38,304 nt of DNA from a virus: IMG/VR virus record IMGVR_UViG_3300042289_000484; one strand, 5' to 3'. Numbering within the stretch: position 1 is the stretch's first letter; every line of letters begins with the position of its first letter. Shown piece by piece: positions 16,025 to 21,907 of the stretch. The translations under genes were made by a program, and so were the position numbers. The notes beneath the pieces are model-generated. The model did not search any database, was not told the origin of the DNA, and saw only the letters and a program-made list of their open reading frames with translations.

Positions 16025-16593
16025 AAAATCAGATCACACCCGCACAACTGCAAACGTGGGCTAAGGACATCCACGCCAACGCCATTGCCAAAGGCTTTTA
16101 TCCTGAAAATCCAAAGGACAGGAACGACAAAGAAATGCTGATGCTGATAATCTGCGAGTTATCAGAAGCGGTGGAAGCGCACAGGGAGGGCAGGTGGATG
16201 GATGGCAGGCAGGGAATCATTCCTGAAGAACTGGCAAAGTATCCGCAGGAATTTGAAGCCAATTTCAAAGCATGGGTAAAAGATACAGTTGAGGATGAAA
16301 TGGCTGATGCGCTGATACGGATACTTGATTATGCGCAACACAAAGGATTGGTATTTACCGAAGCGTATTCTTTTGATGCTATACCTGTAATCAATGAGTC
16401 ATTTGCGGCTAACTGTTTTGTTGCATTATGTGAAATAACTGATAATCCAAACATGGTCAAACACAGTATCGGATATATGATTCGCCGAATTATCGGCATC
16501 TGCGATGAATACAACATTGACATCTGCTTTCATGTGGAAGCAAAGATGAAATACAACGCAACACGCCCGATCAAACATGGCAAAGCCTACTAA
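16021..16593 (+). CDS. MazG-like nucleoside triphosphate pyrophosphohydrolase
   Basis: ELSEAVEAHRE and EDEMADALIRILD match the all-alpha NTP-PPase E..E / E..D motifs. Start at ATG 16021 (ATGA overlap). Confidence 0.6.
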   Translation: MKNQITPAQLQTWAKDIHANAIAKGFYPENPKDRNDKEMLMLIICELSEAVEAHREGRWMDGRQGIIPEELAKYPQEFEANFKAWVKDTVEDEMADALIRILDYAQHKGLVFTEAYSFDAIPVINESFAANCFVALCEITDNPNMVKHSIGYMIRRIIGICDEYNIDICFHVEAKMKYNATRPIKHGKAY

Positions 16594-17053
16594 AGCAATT
16601 AAGTACACCACCGCCACGCCCGCTGAACTAAAGGAACTTTGGCGAAAGCAGGAAGAGCGAAAGCAGAAGCGGCGCGCGCAATGGGAAGCGCGCGCCGCTG
16701 GACAACTGAAGCCGAAGCCGGAAAGCGCAAACCGGATAACCGCAAACATCATCCGGTTAATCAATATGCAGTCAGGGTGCTATGCCTTCAGGGTAAACAA
16801 TGTGGGCGTATGGGATGCAGCAAAGCAGATACATCGTAAAGGCAACACGGAGCGCGGAATATCAGATGTGATTGCGTGTATTCGCGGTAAGATGTTGTGT
16901 ATCGAAGTAAAGGCAGGAAAGGACAAAGAAAGCATCCATCAACAGCAGTTCGGAGCGAATGTACAACAGGCCAAAGGGCTGTATTTTGTAGCCAGGTCAA
17001 CAGATCAGTTTATCGAATACTTTGAGCAAATGTTAAAATCAGAAACTTTCTGA
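16577..17053 (+). CDS. VRR-NUC / PD-(D/E)XK nuclease
   Basis: GISDVIACIRGKMLCIEVKAGKD...QQQ fits the D...E-x-K...Q pattern of VRR-NUC. Confidence 0.65.
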   Translation: MAKPTKAIKYTTATPAELKELWRKQEERKQKRRAQWEARAAGQLKPKPESANRITANIIRLINMQSGCYAFRVNNVGVWDAAKQIHRKGNTERGISDVIACIRGKMLCIEVKAGKDKESIHQQQFGANVQQAKGLYFVARSTDQFIEYFEQMLKSETF

Positions 17054-17072
17054 AAAAAAGTAAATAAAAAAC

Positions 17073-17102
17073 TTGACAAATAAATAAAGGCGCGTATCTT
17101 TG
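17073..17102 (+). promoter_or_regulatory. Promoter TTGACA-N16-TAtcTTTG
   Basis: TTGACA at 17073-17078 and TAtcTTTG at 17095-17102 (TTG-N19-TA), in an A-rich intergenic region. Confidence 0.6.
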
Positions 17103-17156
17103 TAAGGTCAAACGACAACAGCACACACAAACATTCAATTTCAAAACTTCTAAGAC

Positions 17157-17405
17157 ATGAAAGTCAAGTCATTAATTTCCAAGTTGCAAAAAATGGCAAT
17201 AGATTTTGTAGTTATTGACCATAACGGACACAATCAAGAGGTAGAATTTAAGATCAACGGTAAATCATACTCAGCAAAATATGACACAAAGCATTACAAA
17301 GTTTATGCTTATAGTCAGGATGTTTGTTACAATGATTGCAATCAAGAAACGTCAAGAAACTTTTTCTACAATTTTAACCAGGTTATGTTAGACGCTGCAC
17401 GATAG
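17157..17405 (+). CDS. Hypothetical small protein in an AT-rich cassette
   Basis: 82-aa ORF. Hand count gives about one-third G+C in the first 120 nt, against roughly half in flanking genes. Confidence 0.55.
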   Translation: MKVKSLISKLQKMAIDFVVIDHNGHNQEVEFKINGKSYSAKYDTKHYKVYAYSQDVCYNDCNQETSRNFFYNFNQVMLDAAR

Positions 17406-17430
17406 GCATTCACTTTTCAATCGCAACACA

Positions 17431-18198
17431 ATGGGAACTTTAGCCACAACCGGAATCACATTCAAACAACTTCACCATCAGGCAGCCCCGAATATCGGGC
17501 TGCGTGCCTGGCAGGTCAAGGTCAAGAAAATCACAGGCGCTTACGATGGCAACGCCATTGCTACGCCCGATCAGATAAACGCGCTGCTGTCAGCAAGCGC
17601 AAAGAGGATTCATACGATTCATACAGCCTCTACTAAAGCAGCAAAGGTTAGCTATTCCCATCGGCAACAGCCGGAGCCACAAGCGGTTCCGGCTGAACCT
17701 TTGGAAGTCAAACAGCCTGAAGTAAATCCTGAAGCGCAACAGCCCGAACAATATCAATCTTATCAGCCATACGAACCGGAGCCGCTTAACTGGCAACTGT
17801 GGGCCGTACTGGTGTTCTCACTTGGTTGCAGCGTGCCGAATATGTACAGCGTGGCGCTGCAAATGAAAGACAGCGCATTCTTAGCAATGGCGATAACCGC
17901 CACGTTTACAATCAGCCCGATGTTACTGCTTACATCCGATAACCGAACAGCGCGCATTGCAGCGTTTATCCCGATTGTTATTGAAGTATTCGCCAATACA
18001 GCAGGTTATTATGGCAACCTTTTGTCTATCACAGTAGGCAGCGACATCATCACGCCTGGTAAGTTCCTGAATATGGTCATGCAGATGGCAGGAACGGGCG
18101 CACGCGGAACAGCCTTATTTTTGGCACTCATGATGGCAGCGGCAATCGCTGCAATGTCGGTAGTGTCAGTTCACTCTATTATAAAAAAGGACGCATGA
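17431..18198 (+). CDS. Membrane protein: soluble N-domain, P/Q/E-rich linker, about four C-terminal TM segments
   Basis: 255 aa. QQPEPQAVPAEPLEVKQPEVNPEAQQPEQYQSYQPYEPEP linker followed by hydrophobic segments. Confidence 0.6.
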   Translation: MGTLATTGITFKQLHHQAAPNIGLRAWQVKVKKITGAYDGNAIATPDQINALLSASAKRIHTIHTASTKAAKVSYSHRQQPEPQAVPAEPLEVKQPEVNPEAQQPEQYQSYQPYEPEPLNWQLWAVLVFSLGCSVPNMYSVALQMKDSAFLAMAITATFTISPMLLLTSDNRTARIAAFIPIVIEVFANTAGYYGNLLSITVGSDIITPGKFLNMVMQMAGTGARGTALFLALMMAAAIAAMSVVSVHSIIKKDA

Positions 18199-18989
18199 AA
18201 CAGCATTACGAAGATGCCCACTATGAAGAAATAGGCGGGCAGGTTCAAAGAACAGAGCCGCCACCATTCCTTACTAAAAGGTTTGTCATTGTGGGTGCAA
18301 TTACAGCACTCGCATACAACTACGCCACCAAAGAGCGCGAAAGCCGCGATGTACTTGCATTCACCGATGAACCGGAGCAATCAAATACGCAGTTCGGACT
18401 GATGGCAACAGCGCCTGAAGCAAAGGCAGCCGCCAAAGTGCCGGAGCAGACAAACGGCCACGACCTTTTCAAGTACGTGATGCTGGAAACAAAGCGAAGG
18501 GAGGCATTAGGCAGGCGCGGTAAAGAACTGGAATCATACATGGATGGTGATTCACCTGCCATCGGGTACGGAAACCGCATCAAATACCTTTCTGCCAAAT
18601 GGAAGCAGGTAGTTGAGGAGCAGAACTACAAAGTAACGGAAGCGCAGGCGCGGGCCATGATGTACGACACGTTTGATAGCCTCAAAGAGACCATCAGCGC
18701 CGACCTGCCACATCTTGACCGGCACGAACTTTGGGCGGTTCAAAGCCTTGCGTTCAATTGGGGTTATGGTAACGTCAAACGATCAGCCCTGTATCAGCAC
18801 CTGAAAGCCGGAAGCAAAACAGGTGACGCACGCCGTGCCTGGATGAAGTGCCACGCAGCCACAGAGAACCACCGGACAAGCCGCCGCTTCGAGTGGGCGC
18901 TTTATACCGGAGACTTCAAAGAGGCAAAGAAATACGCGGACAAGGCATACAACAGTATTGCCGGACGTGGTGACTTGAAACATTATTGA
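18195..18989 (+). CDS. Membrane-anchored lysozyme-like protein (GH24/T4-lysozyme-like C-domain)
   Basis: Weakly hydrophobic segment FVIVGAITALAYNYA. RREALG..ELESYMDGDSPAIGYGN and WAVQSLAFNWGYGNVKRSALYQHLKAG resemble the GH24 EG..Y.D..G..TIGYG and AL.SF.FN.G...S.L...LN.G motifs. Confidence 0.55.
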   Translation: MKQHYEDAHYEEIGGQVQRTEPPPFLTKRFVIVGAITALAYNYATKERESRDVLAFTDEPEQSNTQFGLMATAPEAKAAAKVPEQTNGHDLFKYVMLETKRREALGRRGKELESYMDGDSPAIGYGNRIKYLSAKWKQVVEEQNYKVTEAQARAMMYDTFDSLKETISADLPHLDRHELWAVQSLAFNWGYGNVKRSALYQHLKAGSKTGDARRAWMKCHAATENHRTSRRFEWALYTGDFKEAKKYADKAYNSIAGRGDLKHY

Positions 18990-18993
18990 CGCT

Positions 18994-19269
18994 ATGGACA
19001 ACCTTATTAAGCACACGTCTGGCAAAAGCAGTGGATGGTCTGACGATTTAGGGTGTGGCGATGGGGATGGCGTTTGGTTTGGCACTGGATATGGCGATGC
19101 TATCGGTCAAGGCAGTGCGTGTGGATACTGCGAAGGATGGAGCGACGACGAGGGTCAAGGATATGGCGCTGGCGCTTGTATTGACGACTGCATTGCTGAT
19201 GTTAGTGGTGATGCAGATGGTTTTGGCGAAGATGGCGGATTTGGAAACGGACACTTTTTTGATGTTTGA
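18994..19269 (+). CDS. Acidic Gly/Asp-rich low-complexity protein with 5 Cys (paralog 1)
   Basis: 91 aa, MDNLIKH... followed by GDG/GYG/GFG units. Frame supported by the shared N-terminus with 19606 and 19883. Confidence 0.5.
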   Translation: MDNLIKHTSGKSSGWSDDLGCGDGDGVWFGTGYGDAIGQGSACGYCEGWSDDEGQGYGAGACIDDCIADVSGDADGFGEDGGFGNGHFFDV

Positions 19270-19318
19270 CAATTAAGTCAATCTACACGAATAATTCACA
19301 ACTAAACACACAAATAAC

Positions 19319-19618
19319 ATGGCAAACATGATTAACAAAATTTGCATCATCCGCTCTTATGAAAGCGGTGTTCACTTCGGTGAAGTCCTTGAAACACGCG
19401 ACACGATTCACGGACTATCTGTAACACTCAAAGACAGCCGTCGCGTTCATTACTGGGAAGGCGCTGCTTCATTATCACAGATGGCACTTGATGGCATCAG
19501 GACCGGACGCATCGCAATGGTGCTACCTGAAATTCAGGTAGAGAACGTCTGCGAAATCATACCGATGTCAGATGCCGCAATTGACAACATGAAAAAGCAG
19601 CCGATATGGAAGGTTTGA
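19319..19618 (+). CDS. Conserved-looking small phage protein, function unknown
   Basis: 99-aa non-repetitive ORF. Its last 10 codons and stop overlap the start of 19606. Confidence 0.6.
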   Translation: MANMINKICIIRSYESGVHFGEVLETRDTIHGLSVTLKDSRRVHYWEGAASLSQMALDGIRTGRIAMVLPEIQVENVCEIIPMSDAAIDNMKKQPIWKV

Positions 19619-19620
19619 TT
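19587..19620 (+). repeat. Junction cassette copy 1 (acatgaaaaagcagccgatatggaaggtttgatt)
   Basis: Repeated at 19864-19897 with one mismatch. Confidence 0.9.
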
Positions 19621-19812
19621 AGAAGTAACAATAAGCTTGGTGATGGATATGGGGATGAAAAGTATCGCGGGAATGGAGAAGGTTATTCATTTGGAGAAGG
19701 ATTTAGAAGTGGCACTGGCTATGGTAGTGGTATCAATTGCTACAATGGCGAAGGTTATGGAATCGGAGCCGGAAACGGAGATGGATATAATGATGGCGAA
19801 GGTTCCGGCTAA
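19606..19812 (+). CDS. Acidic Gly/Tyr/Glu-rich low-complexity protein (paralog 2)
   Basis: 68 aa, MEGLIRS... followed by GDGYGDE, GEGYSFGEG and GYGSG units. Mixed codon usage. Confidence 0.5.
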   Translation: MEGLIRSNNKLGDGYGDEKYRGNGEGYSFGEGFRSGTGYGSGINCYNGEGYGIGAGNGDGYNDGEGSG

Positions 19813-19863
19813 CAAGATCAACACACAGCACAATTCACGCAATTAACACACACAACGCACAAA

Positions 19864-19897
19864 ACATGAAAAAGCAGCCGATATGGAGGGTTTGATT
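19864..19897 (+). repeat. Junction cassette copy 2, containing mini-ORF 19866-19895 (MKKQPIWRV)
   Basis: Same 34 nt as 19587-19620 except A>G at 19888. Confidence 0.9.
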
Positions 19898-20188
19898 GAC
19901 TATTTATACAGCTCCGGCTACGGCTCCGGCGACGGCTCCGGCTCCGGCGACGGCTCCGGCTACAGCTCCGGCGACGGCGACGGCGACGGCTACGGCTCCG
20001 GCTACGGCTACGGCTACGGCTCCGGCTACGGCTCCGGCTACGGCGACGGCTCCGGCTACAGCTCCGGCGACGGCGACGGCTACGGCTACGGCTCCGGCTA
20101 CGGCTACGGCTACGGCTCCGGCTACGGCTCCGGCTACAGCTACGGCTACGGCTACGGCTCCGGCTCCGGCTACGGCTCCGGCGACTAA
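19883..20188 (+). CDS. Gly/Tyr/Ser/Asp-only repeat protein (paralog 3)
   Basis: 101 aa, MEGLIDYLYSS followed only by G, Y, S and D. The stop codon comes immediately after the repeat tract. Confidence 0.5.
   Translation: MEGLIDYLYSSGYGSGDGSGSGDGSGYSSGDGDGDGYGSGYGYGYGSGYGSGYGDGSGYSSGDGDGYGYGSGYGYGYGSGYGSGYSYGYGYGSGSGYGSGD
19910..20185 (+). repeat. 276-nt hexanucleotide-type tandem repeat (GGC-NNC)n
   Basis: 92 consecutive codons, all ending in C (GGC, TAC, TCC, AGC, GAC). A higher-order unit of about 31-33 codons occurs twice. Confidence 0.95.
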
Positions 20189-20235
20189 AATCAACAAACA
20201 CAACTTGCACACAACGCACACACAATACACACAAC

Positions 20236-20736
20236 ATGAAACACATCATCATTCTCTTTGCATTCATCTTTTTTTCAGCCGCAATCAGCGCTCAAACCGT
20301 CATTGCGCGACCGACTGAAATGACCATCAACGCCGTACTGGACTGCGTACCTACAACCATCCCGACCGCGCAACAGGCAGAAGCAAGGGATAACCTGACA
20401 ACCAATTATTATCTTACCGTCTCTGCGTTAAGGCAGTTCGATGATGGTATGGATGAACAGGCGATTTATGAAGAGGCAGCCGCACAAACATACGCCGTGC
20501 TTCAAGAATGGTACCAGGCGGAGCAAACCGCCAAAGGCATGGCATCAGGTTACGGCTTTGATCTTAAGGTTGTCAATCCTATCAGATTCTTTGAACTCAA
20601 CATGACCGCTGAACAATACGCAGATCAGGTTGAATCAGCCATAGCGAAGGCAGGTAAAGTAAAAGGATACAGCATTGAGGAAATCAAACGCAGGGCGCTG
20701 TATTGGGGCGTTCAGTTAAACGTAAAGCAGCTATGA
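20236..20736 (+). CDS. Hypothetical protein with Sec-type signal peptide
   Basis: MKHIIILFAFIFFSAAISAQ signal, then an acidic helical body. Confidence 0.55.
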   Translation: MKHIIILFAFIFFSAAISAQTVIARPTEMTINAVLDCVPTTIPTAQQAEARDNLTTNYYLTVSALRQFDDGMDEQAIYEEAAAQTYAVLQEWYQAEQTAKGMASGYGFDLKVVNPIRFFELNMTAEQYADQVESAIAKAGKVKGYSIEEIKRRALYWGVQLNVKQL

Positions 20737-20794
20737 TTGTATTTGCAGTAGTAGTTGTTTTGTCAATCATTGTTTACGCTCATTCAATTGATAC

Positions 20795-20965
20795 ATGGCA
20801 AAGAAAGAACAAAAGAAGGTAGCAGGCGTTGAATACTTTGACGTAAAGAAGTATCAATGCTGGATGTTCCCTACCATCGAAGCAGAGGAGCGGAACAGGG
20901 CGGCCAATAAACAGCAAACAGAACGCCGTATTGAAACGCTCAAGAAGCAAGCAGTTAACAGTTGA
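20795..20965 (+). CDS. Small basic protein (56 aa), not in the ORF track
   Basis: MAKKEQKKVAGVEYFDVKKYQCWMFPTIEAEERNRAANKQQTERRIETLKKQAVNS, followed by a terminator hairpin. Confidence 0.35.
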   Translation: MAKKEQKKVAGVEYFDVKKYQCWMFPTIEAEERNRAANKQQTERRIETLKKQAVNS

Positions 20966-20973
20966 TGCAATAA

Positions 20974-21010
20974 GTCCGGCACACTTTCAGTAGTGTGTCG
21001 GGCGTTTGCA
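20974..21010 (+). terminator. Hairpin terminator closing the accessory unit
   Basis: gtccggcacac / gtgtgtcgggc form an 11-bp stem (two G-U) with an 8-nt loop, then gtttgcattt. Confidence 0.5.
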
Positions 21011-21025
21011 TTTAAAGCAATCACG

Positions 21026-21364
21026 ATGCCAACAGTAAACAAGAAGTCAAAAGCATATCCCTGGAAGCCAAAGGCAGCACCGATGTTTGAGTCTATAAAG
21101 AACAGGGCATGGTCACAGGCGCTGTACAACAGTCAGCGGTGGCGCAAGATGGCGAAGTATGAGATTATGCAGGAGCCATACTGCGTACTGTGCAAGCAGA
21201 AAGGGATAGTGACAACTGACAATCTACAGCGTGACCACATCAATGGATTTGCCACCGAAGATGAGTTCTGGAACGGAGCGCGGCAAACGCTGTGCAAGTG
21301 GCACAATATGCAGAAGGCCGCGCAAACGCGGGCGAGGAAGTCCAAAGAGGGGGGTGGGGCATAA
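21026..21364 (+). CDS. HNH endonuclease (packaging-associated)
   Basis: CVLCKQKG...RDHINGF...LCKWHN is an HNH/zinc pattern. Lies immediately upstream of TerS/TerL. Confidence 0.75.
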   Translation: MPTVNKKSKAYPWKPKAAPMFESIKNRAWSQALYNSQRWRKMAKYEIMQEPYCVLCKQKGIVTTDNLQRDHINGFATEDEFWNGARQTLCKWHNMQKAAQTRARKSKEGGGA

Positions 21365-21448
21365 TCCACAGCCCTATCAGCTCAACATCCTTGCCGCTAC
21401 CCGCGCACACGCAACGGCAAAACAGTAACTTTTTAAAAACGTAAAAAC

Positions 21449-21907
21449 ATGGGAAGACCACCAAAGCCTGAAAGCGCGCACAAAGCAGAAGGCACATACA
21501 GGGCCGACCGGCACGGGAGCAGGTTAAAGGCAACTGAAAGCACCGACCTGAAGCCGCCCGCGCATTTCAATAAAGCGCAAATTGCAAAGTGGAACGAAGT
21601 TGTAAACCACCTTCGCCAATTTGATATTTTGTCCGATCAGGACGCAGACAGCATTGCCACCTACGTTGAATCAGTCCTTATCCAGCGTGACGCATTTCTT
21701 CTGATGCAGCGGGAAGGGTTCCTGGATGGAGAAAAAACACATCCGGCTTTTCGCGTTTACCGCGACATGGAAGCAGTCATAAAACCACTTCGCGAGCAGT
21801 TCGGATTCACACCACGCGCACGGCAATCCATCCACGTGAAAAAGAAAGAGGTCAAAAAGGAAGACCCGATACTGGCAATACTCACAAAGCCAAAGAAAGC
21901 CGTGTAA
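21449..21907 (+). CDS. terS: Terminase small subunit (P27-family-like)
   Basis: MGRPPKPESAHKAEGTYRADRH N-terminus is typical of P27-type TerS. Position upstream of TerL. Confidence 0.7.
   Translation: MGRPPKPESAHKAEGTYRADRHGSRLKATESTDLKPPAHFNKAQIAKWNEVVNHLRQFDILSDQDADSIATYVESVLIQRDAFLLMQREGFLDGEKTHPAFRVYRDMEAVIKPLREQFGFTPRARQSIHVKKKEVKKEDPILAILTKPKKAV

Noticed and set aside
19910-20185. Possible CRISPR array
   Set aside because: The period is 6 nt with no unique spacers and no 25-40-nt repeat units. It lies inside an ORF, and there are no cas genes.
18994-20188. RiPP/bacteriocin precursor or RTX calcium-binding interpretation of the Gly-rich ORFs
   Set aside because: I recognise no maturation enzyme, peptidase-transporter or double-glycine leader in the genome. 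The RTX nonapeptide GGXGXDXUX needs a regular hydrophobic position that is absent here. Kept only as a remote possibility.
19818-20267. 149-aa minus-strand ORF encoding an Arg-Ser (RS) repeat protein
   Set aside because: It is the complement of the (GGC-NNC)n tract. Its non-repeat flanks (C/V-rich) are just the complement of the CA-rich leaders. No other credible gene is on the minus strand, and it has no paralog support, unlike the + strand G/Y frame.
19896-20318. + strand ATAPATAP repeat ORF (and minus-strand AVAGAVAG ORF 19904-20230)
   Set aside because: These are alternative frames of the same hexanucleotide repeat. This one runs through the next gene's start and lacks the conserved MEGLI-type N-terminus. 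It is stop-free only because of the repeat periodicity.
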